This document shows positions 38,097 to 47,692 of a stretch of DNA of 64,000 nucleotides, piece by piece. The stretch's first letter is position 1. Every line of letters begins with the position of its first letter. Under the pieces are notes generated by a model that saw nothing but the letters and a program-made list of their open reading frames with translations, made no database searches and was not told where the DNA came from. Source of the DNA: Acholeplasma sp. GTDB lineage: Bacteria > Bacillota_I > Bacilli_A > Acholeplasmatales > UBA5453. The stretch lies in contig JAVESF010000003.1 in NCBI GenBank assembly GCA_034006765.1, forward strand, positions 34,218 to 98,217, read 5' to 3'. A program made the translations under genes and the position numbers.

Positions 38097-39080
38097 ATGT
38101 CATTTAAAATTAAACAGATAGAAATTGACTCAAAAGTTGTTTTGGCACCCATGGCAGGTGTGTCCAACGCTTCTTATCGTCTGATTTCAAGAAAACTAGG
38201 TGCCGGGATCGTCTTTGCTGAAATGGTTTCAGACAAAGGACTCATGCACGATAATGCTAAAACAAAAGAGTTACTTGAGAGTTTGCCAGGTGAACATCCT
38301 TATGCACAACAAATATTTGGTTCTGATGTAGAAACAATGGTTTCGGCTGCGATATATGTTGATCAGCACACCGATTGTGACATCATTGATTTAAATATGG
38401 GGTGTCCAGTGCCAAAAGTTGCCCAAAAAGCTCAAGCTGGTGCAGCGCTATTAAAAGACCCTGACAAAATTTATGACATTATAAAAGCCATAAAAGCAGT
38501 GATTCATAAACCTCTTACTGTCAAAATAAGGACGGGTTGGGACCAAAGTTGCATCAATGCAGTAGCCATTGCGAAAAAGGCAGAAGAAGCTGGTGCAGAT
38601 GCGATTACAGTACATGGAAGAACCAGAAGTCAAATGTACACTGGCAAAGCAGATTTAGATGTGATCAAAGCAGTCAAAGAGGCAGTGAAGATTCCTGTAA
38701 TTGGGAATGGCGATGTTAAGGACGGACCAACGGCAAAACATATGTTGGATTATACGGGTGTAGATGCTGTGATGGTAGGACGAGCTGCACTAGGAAATCC
38801 TTGGGTTTTCTATGAGATAAACTACTATTTGGAACATGGAAAAGAAGCGCCAAAACCAACACTCAAAGCAATCAAAGAAATGATCATTGAACATGCTAAT
38901 TCTCTTATGACATTGAAAGGGGAACATTTAGCGATGCTTCAGATGCGTGGTCAAGGGACTTGGTATTTCAAAGGTTTACAACAAGCGAAAGAAACTAAAG
39001 CGAAACTCTCAAAAGTTAGCAAGTATGATGAGTTTTTAAAGATCATTAATGAGTATTTTGAAAAAGCAATCATAGATTAA
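38097..39080 (+). CDS. dusB: tRNA-dihydrouridine synthase
   Basis: LAPMAGVSN, DLNMGCP (catalytic Cys), TVHGRT. Confidence 0.9.
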   Translation: MSFKIKQIEIDSKVVLAPMAGVSNASYRLISRKLGAGIVFAEMVSDKGLMHDNAKTKELLESLPGEHPYAQQIFGSDVETMVSAAIYVDQHTDCDIIDLNMGCPVPKVAQKAQAGAALLKDPDKIYDIIKAIKAVIHKPLTVKIRTGWDQSCINAVAIAKKAEEAGADAITVHGRTRSQMYTGKADLDVIKAVKEAVKIPVIGNGDVKDGPTAKHMLDYTGVDAVMVGRAALGNPWVFYEINYYLEHGKEAPKPTLKAIKEMIIEHANSLMTLKGEHLAMLQMRGQGTWYFKGLQQAKETKAKLSKVSKYDEFLKIINEYFEKAIID

Positions 39081-39109
39081 AAAAGAAGCGTAAAGTACGC
39101 TTCTTTTTT
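39081..39109. terminator. bidirectional terminator between dusB and hflX
   Basis: Stem GAAGCGT with ACGCTTC, flanked by AAAA and TTTTTT. Confidence 0.85.
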
Positions 39110-40346
39110 ATACCAAAAAGGCCTTGAAATCGTTTATTTGTTTTTCATAAAGCCTCACAGTGTAGTAACTGTATGTATCGTCATAATCTTTTTTTAAGAT
39201 GGTCGTATTTTCTTCTAATGAAGCGATTATCCCATTATCTTTATAAGGGACTCTTAAGTGGATGATGGTTTCTTGGCCAAAGAGTTTTTGATAGATGAGT
39301 TCAAACAGAGTTTCGATGTTTTCCTTCGTTTTATTCGAGATGATACAATCGGCATCATGGGATAAAAACTCTCCAAACATCAAGTCTTTTTTTGTATATA
39401 TTTTCAGTTTTGGGATGTCATCGGCTTTGAGAGATTTCAGTACTTCTAGGGTGGTTTGTTCCTGTATGGATTTTTGAGAAGTAGACCCATCCATGACATG
39501 CAAAATTAAATCAGCATGTGTCACTTCACTTAAAGTTGATTCAAAACTTTTAACAAGTTCATGAGGGAGTCTGCTGACAAAACCTACTGTGTCTGAAAGA
39601 ATGAAACTTGGCTTTTTTGCTTGTTTTATTCTTCGTGAGTAAGTTTCTAGTGTGGCGAATAACATATTTTTTTCAAAAACGTCTTTTTTTATGGGGTTAC
39701 TTACATAGTCAATTAGTGTGTTTAATGTGGCGCTTTTACCGACATTGGTATAACCGACTAGCGCAACAATCGGCGTTTCGTCATCGCTTCGTTTTTTTCT
39801 GGATGTATCTTTTTCTTGTTGAATTTTCTTTAATTCTTTTTCTAGCTTAGTGATGTTTTGTAAAATACGTCTACGGTCTAACTCTAGTTTCGTTTCACCT
39901 GCGCCTTTAGCATTGAAAGATCCGCCACCTTGTCTTGATAAGCTCGATGAAAGTCCAATCAACCGTGGTAACATATATTTTTGTTGAGCTAGGGATACTT
40001 CTAAGACGGCTTCTTTGGTTTTGGCTCGCTCAGAAAAAATAGATAAAATTAAAAAACTTCGGTCCATGATTTGAACTTCGAGTTCTTTTTCGAGGTTTCG
40101 AATTTGACCAGGGGATAATACATCATCAAATATCACAAGTTCAATGTCCAAAACAGATAGGATTGTTTTAATTTCCTCGACTTTACCAGTACCTATATAA
40201 AATCTAGCATTGGGGAGACTGGCTTTTTGAATCACTTTGTCAACGACTTTTATGTGAACCGCCTCAGCTAAACTTGAAAGTTCATTTAAAGAAGTCTGCA
40301 TATCATAAAGACCTAAGTCTAGTCCTACTGCAATCGCTCTATCCAT
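39108..40346 (-). CDS. hflX: GTPase HflX
   Basis: HflX N-terminal domain and G1 GYTNVGKSATLN. ATG 40346 preceded by AGGTGGTG. Confidence 0.9.
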   Translation of the reverse strand: MDRAIAVGLDLGLYDMQTSLNELSSLAEAVHIKVVDKVIQKASLPNARFYIGTGKVEEIKTILSVLDIELVIFDDVLSPGQIRNLEKELEVQIMDRSFLILSIFSERAKTKEAVLEVSLAQQKYMLPRLIGLSSSLSRQGGGSFNAKGAGETKLELDRRRILQNITKLEKELKKIQQEKDTSRKKRSDDETPIVALVGYTNVGKSATLNTLIDYVSNPIKKDVFEKNMLFATLETYSRRIKQAKKPSFILSDTVGFVSRLPHELVKSFESTLSEVTHADLILHVMDGSTSQKSIQEQTTLEVLKSLKADDIPKLKIYTKKDLMFGEFLSHDADCIISNKTKENIETLFELIYQKLFGQETIIHLRVPYKDNGIIASLEENTTILKKDYDDTYSYYTVRLYEKQINDFKAFLV

Positions 40347-40360
40347 ATTAAACACCACCT

Positions 40361-40392
40361 AAAAAAAAGAATAGCACTGTGCTATTCTTTAT
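40361..40392 (-). terminator. rho-independent terminator of nrdJ
   Basis: Stem GAATAGC with GCTATTC, loop ACTGT. On the minus strand it is followed by an 8-nt T-run. Confidence 0.8.
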
Positions 40393-40396
40393 TATA

Positions 40397-42919
40397 CTAT
40401 AATCCGCACTTAAGTTGTGCACCACAGTTTGTACAAGTATGACAACCACCTACATCTTGGACAATACCTTCTCGACAAACAGGACATAAGTTTCCAACTT
40501 CTGCGCCTATTTCACGGTCTTGTCTATCAGATCTTAATGGGGTGGTAATTTCATCATTGTGTGTTTGACTCTGAGCTTTTGGCATTTCCACACCTAAGTC
40601 AGCCATATCAACTTGAACTGGTGTATCTGTTTCTTTCTTTAAAGATAACACTTGAGCATCTCTTGAGCCATCTACATAAACGGTTCCGCCCTTAGCGCCA
40701 CCTTTGTATAGTCTCATGTAGACACGTTCAACTTCCTCAACGGTATAACCTTTAGGGGCATTGACGGTTTTAGAAATAGAAGAGTCAACCCAGTTTTGAA
40801 TGATACATTGAACATCCGCATGTTCTTCTGGGGCTAGTTCCATGGCAGGGACGAAAATGTCTGGTAAAGCGTCTTTAGTGTATTGTTTATTTATGCTTAA
40901 GAACGTTTCAACAATGTTCGCATTGACTTCAATATACTTGCCTAATCTGCCAGAACGGAAGTAGGTAAATGCGAAGTAAGGCTCTAATCCGGTTGAAACG
41001 CCAACCATTGTGCCTGTCGAACCTGTAGGGGCAATGGTCAATAAATGAGAGTTTCTAATGCCGTATTTTAAAATGCCTTCTTGAACATGTTTAGGAAGTT
41101 TCTGAATGAATTTTCCTTTGACGAAAGCTTCTCTTGAACCAAACTTTTCTAAGAATGGGAAAGAGCCTTTTTCCTTGGCAAGTTCTATTGAGGTTTCGTA
41201 AGCAGTGGTTGCGATAAATTCGAACAATCGATCAACTAAAGCATTACCTTCTTCAGAACCATATCGGAGGTTGGCATAAATGAGTAAGTCATGTAAGCCC
41301 ATGACGCCCATCCCAATACGTCTTTCACCTAAAGCTTGTTGTTTGTTTTGTTCTAGGAAATAGTAGGTTTGATCAATGACGTTGTCTTGCATTCTAATGC
41401 CATTTCTAACGGTATTTCTTAGTTGATCCCATAATACTTCGTGTGTGTGAGGGTTCACCATGGTTGCTAGGTTGATCGCTGCAAGGTTACATACTGAATA
41501 TGGGGCAAGTGGTTGTTCACCACATGGGTTGGTACAAACTACTTTTTGACCATAAGAGGTTGCATTGGTATAATCGTTAGCATTATCAATGAAGAAAATA
41601 CCAGGTTCCGCTGAATAGGTGGCACAAACATTAATTAAGTTCCACAATTCTTTGGCTTTGATTGTATGATAGATGCGGCTTGGATAACCCATTTGTTCCC
41701 AAGTTCTTACATCGCCAATGTTTTTCCATTCTTGATCATAGAAGGCTTTTTGTTCTTTGGTATAGTTGTCTAAATCTGGGAACTTCAAGTGATAATCACT
41801 ATCAGATTCAACGGCTTCCATGAATTCTTTAGTGATGGCAACGCTAATGTTGGCACCAGTCAAGAAATCTGGGTTTGTAACATCGTATCTACCACCATCA
41901 AAAATCAATTTTTTAGCTTCTTCAACGGTTGAAGAAGAGAATAAGGCGCTGTTTTGTTCAGATAACTGAATGATTTGTTGATACATGTTAAATTCGTCAT
42001 TAGACAGTGGTTTGAACTTTAGCTTATCTTTTGAAAGTTGGATGATATGTTCATCGGTTGAGTTTTCTATTAGGAATCTTAATATACGTGGGTTTTGCAT
42101 CTTAGAGATAATGAATTCGATGATATCAGGATGCCAATCGGCAAGCATAATCATTTGAGCACCACGTCTAGAACCGCCTTGTTCAACAAGGTGTGTCAAT
42201 TGGGCCAAATCATGTAACCATGAAACTGAACCAGAGGATTTGCCATTGACACCTTTGGCTAGTGCATTTTTTGGACGAAGTGTTGAACCATTGGTTCCAA
42301 CCCCACCACCTCTTGCCATGATTTCCATGACTTCTTTACGGTGTATCGCTAAACCTTCACGAGAGTCTTCAATGAAAGGCATCACATAACAGTTGAAATA
42401 AGTGACTTGTGACTGTGAGCCTGCACCATAAAGTATTCTACCAGCAGGAATTAAGTGTAAGTTCTTTAGTTCATTGAAAAACGCATTTTTCAACGCTTCA
42501 GATTCGCCTTCTCCTAAATTGAAACCAACGCGTTTTGCAATTTGCTCATAATAGATTTCTAGGGGTTTTTCAATTTCTCTAAATTCACGTTTAATAACGC
42601 CATCTATGTGGTCGTCACCTATTTGCCCGATGAATTCTTCATCGACTTTAATGTAAACTTGATGGTCTTCTATTTTAGTGACATATCCAATGCCTCTTGC
42701 AGGGAATTTTGGGTCATGCTTGATGATAGAAACAACCAAATCTCCAACCGCTAAAGAGACTAAAGATAAGTCTTTTTGAGTATAGCGATCTAACATGACA
42801 AGTCTTGAAACCCCAGAGAATGACATCTTCATGTCTTCTGTGATTGTATATAAGTGTGGGTAATACTTTTGAATGTCTTGATTCAATTTTTTGATTAATG
42901 ATTCTTGATATAAACTCAT
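40397..42919 (-). CDS. nrdJ: adenosylcobalamin-dependent (class II) ribonucleotide reductase with a C-terminal Cys-rich zinc-finger tail
   Basis: Catalytic TNPCGEQPL motif, size of about 840 aa, C-terminal CPVC...CHTCTNC. Start trimmed to MSLYQESL (ATG 42919, AAGGAAGGGTG RBS). Confidence 0.85.
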   Translation of the reverse strand: MSLYQESLIKKLNQDIQKYYPHLYTITEDMKMSFSGVSRLVMLDRYTQKDLSLVSLAVGDLVVSIIKHDPKFPARGIGYVTKIEDHQVYIKVDEEFIGQIGDDHIDGVIKREFREIEKPLEIYYEQIAKRVGFNLGEGESEALKNAFFNELKNLHLIPAGRILYGAGSQSQVTYFNCYVMPFIEDSREGLAIHRKEVMEIMARGGGVGTNGSTLRPKNALAKGVNGKSSGSVSWLHDLAQLTHLVEQGGSRRGAQMIMLADWHPDIIEFIISKMQNPRILRFLIENSTDEHIIQLSKDKLKFKPLSNDEFNMYQQIIQLSEQNSALFSSSTVEEAKKLIFDGGRYDVTNPDFLTGANISVAITKEFMEAVESDSDYHLKFPDLDNYTKEQKAFYDQEWKNIGDVRTWEQMGYPSRIYHTIKAKELWNLINVCATYSAEPGIFFIDNANDYTNATSYGQKVVCTNPCGEQPLAPYSVCNLAAINLATMVNPHTHEVLWDQLRNTVRNGIRMQDNVIDQTYYFLEQNKQQALGERRIGMGVMGLHDLLIYANLRYGSEEGNALVDRLFEFIATTAYETSIELAKEKGSFPFLEKFGSREAFVKGKFIQKLPKHVQEGILKYGIRNSHLLTIAPTGSTGTMVGVSTGLEPYFAFTYFRSGRLGKYIEVNANIVETFLSINKQYTKDALPDIFVPAMELAPEEHADVQCIIQNWVDSSISKTVNAPKGYTVEEVERVYMRLYKGGAKGGTVYVDGSRDAQVLSLKKETDTPVQVDMADLGVEMPKAQSQTHNDEITTPLRSDRQDREIGAEVGNLCPVCREGIVQDVGGCHTCTNCGAQLKCGL

Positions 42920-43155
42920 ACGAACACCCTTCCTTGTATGATTGATTATAAGGGTTTCCGGTTTTAAAAACAAGGGGCATTTTTGTAAAAATTTAACCTA
43001 TTTAGATGGCTTTTATGTCCATATGTCTTTATTCAGCGATTTTACACTTTTTAAAGTCTAGAAAAGAAAACGATACTATTTATAATGCGTCTAATTTTCA
43101 AGAATATTATCGGAACAAATGCCCTAGAATTGAATTCAAAAACTCAATAGACCTA

Positions 43156-43164
43156 TGATATAAT
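43156..43164 (+). promoter_or_regulatory. candidate extended -10 promoter element for cdaA
   Basis: TGaTATAAT, 23 nt upstream of the ATG. Confidence 0.45.
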
Positions 43165-43186
43165 TATTAAAGAAGGACGTGACAGT

Positions 43187-43924
43187 ATGAATGAATGGTT
43201 GTTTATGTTATTAGATGGATACATCCTATGGATAGTTGTCTTTTTTCTATTGAGTTTTTTCTTAAGCAGCAAGCGAGTGTTTAGAATGTTGTTGTTGCTC
43301 ATTTTTATATATTTGGTTAAACGATTGTCTGATCATTTAGACTTAGCACTAAGTTCTAAAGTACTGAGTATTGCACTAGATTATCTACCGATTATCATAA
43401 TCGTTGTGTTATCTCCGGATATTCGAAAGAGTTTTGAATCAGCGTTTACAACCGATTCAAAAAGAGACATCGCAACAATGGGTTCTCAGGAGACCAAGCA
43501 ACACATTGTAGATGCGGTAACGTATTTATCCAGTCAAAGTATTGGTGCGTTAATCACCATTGAAAAACACAGTTCACTGGATCAATACGCAGAGCGTGCA
43601 ATCATGATGAATAGCCAAGTTTCAAAAGAACTTTTGATTAATATTTTTACCCCACTTACCCCACTACATGATGGGGCCGTCATCATCAGGGGGGACTCTA
43701 TTAGATGTGCAGGCGCTTATTATGTTTTATCTGAGACTACCAAATATGATAAAACAATGGGATCTAGACATAGAGCAGCATTGGGTATTAGTGAAGTTTC
43801 AGACTCATTAACCATTGTTGTTTCAGAAGAAACTGGCACGATTTCGATTGTTATTGAAGGCATCATGTTAAAGGCAAACGACAAAGAAAAAATCTATGAG
43901 TACCTTAACATGTTTATGAAATAA
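43187..43924 (+). CDS. cdaA: diadenylate cyclase CdaA (membrane-anchored DAC domain)
   Basis: Three N-terminal TM helices. DAC motifs PLHDGAVIIRG and GSRHRAALGISE. Confidence 0.9.
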   Translation: MNEWLFMLLDGYILWIVVFFLLSFFLSSKRVFRMLLLLIFIYLVKRLSDHLDLALSSKVLSIALDYLPIIIIVVLSPDIRKSFESAFTTDSKRDIATMGSQETKQHIVDAVTYLSSQSIGALITIEKHSSLDQYAERAIMMNSQVSKELLINIFTPLTPLHDGAVIIRGDSIRCAGAYYVLSETTKYDKTMGSRHRAALGISEVSDSLTIVVSEETGTISIVIEGIMLKANDKEKIYEYLNMFMK

Positions 43925-43938
43925 GTAAGGAGTCTAAC

Positions 43939-44130
43939 ATGAAAAAAATATTAAGCACCATTGGGTCTTATTTTCTTGACCCTATACGTAAAGTAGGTTT
44001 ATCTAGAATTTCGGATAGCCTTGTGAATTATTCTAATAAAAACCCATGGTTTAAGAGTTTAGTGACTTTTTTGATAGTTGGGGTTATCATTGTTTTATTT
44101 TATGCATTTGAGATAAACATCTTTAATTAG
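43939..44130 (+). CDS. small single-pass membrane protein (63 aa), hypothetical
   Basis: Strong AAGGAG RBS and C-terminal TM LVTFLIVGVIIVLFYAF. Lies between cdaA and the PAS/GGDEF gene. Confidence 0.5.
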   Translation: MKKILSTIGSYFLDPIRKVGLSRISDSLVNYSNKNPWFKSLVTFLIVGVIIVLFYAFEINIFN

Positions 44131-44147
44131 TATTTAGGAGGCGTTTT

Positions 44148-45728
44148 ATGTCCTTATATCCATTGTTTCCGCTCATTTTATCTTTAAGTGGCGCGTTATT
44201 TATTTTCTTAATAGGCATCCTTGATGAGAAGCAATACCGCTTCTTTTTAATCTTGAGCATCTTAAATACGTTGTCATTCATTCCCTATGCACTATATTTT
44301 GATTCACAAATCATCAATACCTTTTTTGAACCCGTCTTTTACTATCATAGTTTGGCAACCACGCTAGGATTTTTGATTACTGGACTTGTTGTGTTCAAAA
44401 AGGGCATATTTTCTAAAAATCATTACCAGTTATTCATTCAATCTATTAAAGCAACCAAATGGAATGCTTATTATGTTTTAGATCAAAAAGACCGAATCAA
44501 AGAAATGTCTGAAAGTGTTTGTGAAGAATTGGGCTTTACCAAGGAACAAGTCATTGGTAAATCTGTATTTGAAGTGTTTAATAAAAGCATTCGCATTACG
44601 ACCTTTGATGGGGTGGATACTAATAACCGAGCGATGGAGACCTACTATGAAACCTATAAAGCTCAAGTTAAACCGAAACAAAGAGAAGAACATGAACTCT
44701 TATTTCAAAACTATGAAGGCAAATCAGTCATGCTGCATACGGTTGAACAACCCATCTTTATTCTAGGTAAGTATAAAGGACGAATCAATATTGGGGAAAA
44801 ACGAAGTGATTTCGATTTGTTATCCGTTGAAAAAAATCTAAAAGAAGCTGAAAACCAATTGGAAAGCATGCGTCTTAAATTTATCGCAACCTTAGAACTT
44901 TCAGAAGAAGGGTTATTCTATATTGACCTAGACCAAAGATTTATTTGGGGCAATGACCAATTCGTTTTGATTACTGGATTGAAACATAATACCATTGATT
45001 TTAATGACTATCATAAATTCATCAAAGAAGAAGACTTACAAACCTATTTAGGGGTTTTGAGTAGTCTAACCATGAAAAAACAATCATATAAGACGACCTA
45101 TAGGCTCTTGAAAAATGGGCACTATATATGGGTTAAAGAATCAGGAAAACGTATTTTTGATGATAAGAATTCAAACATCATAATGGGGTCACTTAAAATG
45201 GTTACCTCGAGTCAATACCAAAAGACAGAAGTGAGTGAGTTAGATGCTCTGTCTTTAGAACCGGAACTCTACGTACACGTTTCACAACTTATCAGCCAAC
45301 ATAAAATCTTCCAATTGATGTTATTTGAGTTAAGTAACATTCCGAGCATCAATGAAAAATATGGTCGAAATATCGGAAACATGCTGATGGGTGAATACAT
45401 TAAAAAAATCAAAACGAACTTTATGAGTGAATCGTCAATGATCTTTCGTTTAAGCGGACTGGTCTTTGCTGTTACCATTGTAGACCCTCGAAAGATGGAT
45501 TTGCTGAAGCAAGGCATTCAAGCTAAAGACACATTCATGAACTTGCCGATGTCTTATGGGGCAATTCAAACAGAAGTGGAAGTAATGCTGGGGATAGCTA
45601 GCACTTATTCAAATACCGATGATAGCGAGGCTGTCATCAAAAACGCCAAAGAAGCTTTATATATTTCCAAAAACCCGAACTTCAATAGAAACGCTTGTTA
45701 CTACAGTGATATTCATGACAAAAAGTGA
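44148..45728 (+). CDS. membrane protein with two PAS-like domains and a degenerate GGDEF-like C-terminal domain
   Basis: About 3-4 N-terminal TM helices. PAS-like EELGFTKEQVIGKSVFEVF and EGLFYIDLDQRFIWGNDQF...YRLLKNGHYIWV. The GGDEF-fold pattern has the signature replaced by RLSGLVFAV, and ALYISKNPNFNRN replaces ALY.AK..GRN. Confidence 0.6.
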   Translation: MSLYPLFPLILSLSGALFIFLIGILDEKQYRFFLILSILNTLSFIPYALYFDSQIINTFFEPVFYYHSLATTLGFLITGLVVFKKGIFSKNHYQLFIQSIKATKWNAYYVLDQKDRIKEMSESVCEELGFTKEQVIGKSVFEVFNKSIRITTFDGVDTNNRAMETYYETYKAQVKPKQREEHELLFQNYEGKSVMLHTVEQPIFILGKYKGRINIGEKRSDFDLLSVEKNLKEAENQLESMRLKFIATLELSEEGLFYIDLDQRFIWGNDQFVLITGLKHNTIDFNDYHKFIKEEDLQTYLGVLSSLTMKKQSYKTTYRLLKNGHYIWVKESGKRIFDDKNSNIIMGSLKMVTSSQYQKTEVSELDALSLEPELYVHVSQLISQHKIFQLMLFELSNIPSINEKYGRNIGNMLMGEYIKKIKTNFMSESSMIFRLSGLVFAVTIVDPRKMDLLKQGIQAKDTFMNLPMSYGAIQTEVEVMLGIASTYSNTDDSEAVIKNAKEALYISKNPNFNRNACYYSDIHDKK

Positions 45729-46227
45729 GTATAGAAAACAGGCATTGGCGGCTAGAAATAGGCTTAAAGACATAGAAGTTGAAAAAAACGAAAACATCCT
45801 GTTAGATAAACTATCGAAACACAAGGCATTTCTAGAAGCCAAAACGGTAGGGTTATATTATCCAATCAAAGGCGAAATGAATTTGTTAAGTCTTAAACAA
45901 AGTTACCCGGATAAAAGGTATTACTTACCCAATGTATTAAACGGACAAATCATATACCGAAGATTTACAAGTGAACAAACTTTGATAGATGGACCTTTTG
46001 GGACGAAAGAGGTCGTGAAAAATGAAGAAAGTGTGCTTGACTGTGACCTATATTTAATTCCGTGTGTGGCTACTTCGGATTTGCTAAGAATCGGTTATGG
46101 GAAAGGGTACTTTGATCAGTATTTAAAAGATAAATCAGGCTATAAATTAGGCATTACTTTTCCAATGTTTAAAACCAGTGGTATTCAAAAAGACGTACAT
46201 GATGTTTTACTGGATGAAGTTTTATAG
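45715..46227 (+). CDS. 5-formyltetrahydrofolate cyclo-ligase
   Basis: RIGYGKGYFDQYL motif. ATG 45715 overlaps the upstream gene by 14 nt; the longer ORF-track start lies inside the preceding CDS. Confidence 0.8.
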   Translation: MTKSEYRKQALAARNRLKDIEVEKNENILLDKLSKHKAFLEAKTVGLYYPIKGEMNLLSLKQSYPDKRYYLPNVLNGQIIYRRFTSEQTLIDGPFGTKEVVKNEESVLDCDLYLIPCVATSDLLRIGYGKGYFDQYLKDKSGYKLGITFPMFKTSGIQKDVHDVLLDEVL

Positions 46228-46236
46228 GGGGCATAT

Positions 46237-47349
46237 ATGTATTCATGTGTAATCGTAGCAGCCGGGACAGGCACAAGAGCAAATCTAGGCTACAATAAAC
46301 TAAGATACTTGGTGATGAATAAACCTGTTTTGATGTATAGTGTAGAAATGTTTTTAAACAAGGGTTATGAAGTCATTGTTGTGATGAACAAAGAAGATGA
46401 AGCCTTTTTTAAGCCTTATTTTCAAGGCACGATCAAAATAGCATATGGCGGGAAAAACAGGACTGAAAGTGTCGCTAATGGACTGAGTCTTGTTAGCAAT
46501 AAGTTCGTCTTGATTCATGATGCAGCAAGACCTAGAATCAATCACCGCATGATTGACCAGATAGAAAATGGGTTGGCGTTATCAAACGCCTGCTTTTTGG
46601 CAAAAAGAGTCACTGACACGGTTTATCGTTTGGACAATGGTCTTGAATTGCTGGATAGAAATCAGCTTTATCAAGCAGAAACACCCCAAGCATTTTTAAC
46701 AAAATCAATTAAAAAGGCCTATGAATTGCGAAAAAAAGCATTCACAGACGATATCTCTTTATATCAAAGTGTCTTAAATGAAACGATTCTACCTATTACA
46801 CACGAAGAGAACAACGATAAAATAACGTATCAAGAAGACTTAGATGCGTTTGTTCAGGAAGTAGGAAAACAAAGTATGAGAATTGGCCAAAGTTACGATA
46901 TTCATCAACTGGTTGAAAATAGAAAACTAATCATTGGAGGGATTCAAATTCCTTTTGATAAAGGGTTGCTTGGACATAGTGATGCCGATGTTTTATTGCA
47001 CGCCATTGCAGAGTCTATCATAGGTGCATTAGGGTTGGGAGATTTAGGGTCAATCTATCCAGATACTGATCCTAAGTACAAAGATTTAGATTCGAAAATA
47101 ATTGTAAAAAAATCCGTATCCCTCATGAAAGAAAGACATTATAGAATTGAAAATATTGACACGACGATATTTGCGGAAAAACCAAAAATGGCGCCATTTA
47201 TCAGCGATATAAAAAAATCTATTTCTTCGCTTTTAGAGATAGAAGAATCACTTATCAATGTAAAAGCAGCAACCAATGAAAAACTAGATTCAATTGGACA
47301 AAATAAAGCCATTGCCGCAAGTTCAGTGGTGCTATTAATAAAGGAGTAA
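46237..47349 (+). CDS. ispDF: bifunctional IspD/IspF: 2-C-methyl-D-erythritol 4-phosphate cytidylyltransferase and MEcPP synthase
   Basis: N-terminal VAAGTGTR (IspD). C-terminal GQSYDIHQL...GHSDADVLLHAI (IspF metal ligands). Confidence 0.9.
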   Translation: MYSCVIVAAGTGTRANLGYNKLRYLVMNKPVLMYSVEMFLNKGYEVIVVMNKEDEAFFKPYFQGTIKIAYGGKNRTESVANGLSLVSNKFVLIHDAARPRINHRMIDQIENGLALSNACFLAKRVTDTVYRLDNGLELLDRNQLYQAETPQAFLTKSIKKAYELRKKAFTDDISLYQSVLNETILPITHEENNDKITYQEDLDAFVQEVGKQSMRIGQSYDIHQLVENRKLIIGGIQIPFDKGLLGHSDADVLLHAIAESIIGALGLGDLGSIYPDTDPKYKDLDSKIIVKKSVSLMKERHYRIENIDTTIFAEKPKMAPFISDIKKSISSLLEIEESLINVKAATNEKLDSIGQNKAIAASSVVLLIKE

Positions 47350-47352
47350 TTT

Positions 47353-47628
47353 ATGAAATTAATTGAAACAACAGTAGGCGATTTTGAACTCGTCAGTGAA
47401 ACCAAAGACGCCTTTGATATTGCTAAATTTCAAGAAAGATACGTAGACACTTTTGATCGTTTCGATTACATTGTTGGGGATGTTGCTTCTGAAATGTTAC
47501 GTCTTAAAGGCTTCACAAGCGAAGCTAAGGATAAAAACAATTTTAAAACCATCCCTGATTATTTAAATGAATCATGCAACTATCAATGTGGATACTATAT
47601 TTTAAAACGTGTGAAAAAAGCTAAATGA
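47353..47628 (+). CDS. YutD-like protein (DUF1027)
   Basis: FDYIVGDVASEMLRLKGF and CNYQCGYYILKRV match the Bacillus YutD pattern. Confidence 0.7.
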   Translation: MKLIETTVGDFELVSETKDAFDIAKFQERYVDTFDRFDYIVGDVASEMLRLKGFTSEAKDKNNFKTIPDYLNESCNYQCGYYILKRVKKAK

Positions 47629-47692
47629 TTGTATCATTTGAATTCACAAAGGATTTAGTCTATACTATTAGCGCAAGGAGGATTTTATCACT

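Noticed and set aside
42714-42980. 88-aa alternative-frame ORF, plus the 5' extension of the nrdJ ORF to 42973.
   Set aside because: The ATG at 42919 has a strong RBS (AAGGAAGGGTG) and gives a normal NrdJ N-terminus. The extension and the overlapping frame have no signals.
42974-43140. Possible NrdR box or cobalamin riboswitch upstream of nrdJ.
   Set aside because: I could not find a convincing NrdR-type palindrome or the conserved B12-box by eye. This needs a covariance-model scan before any claim.
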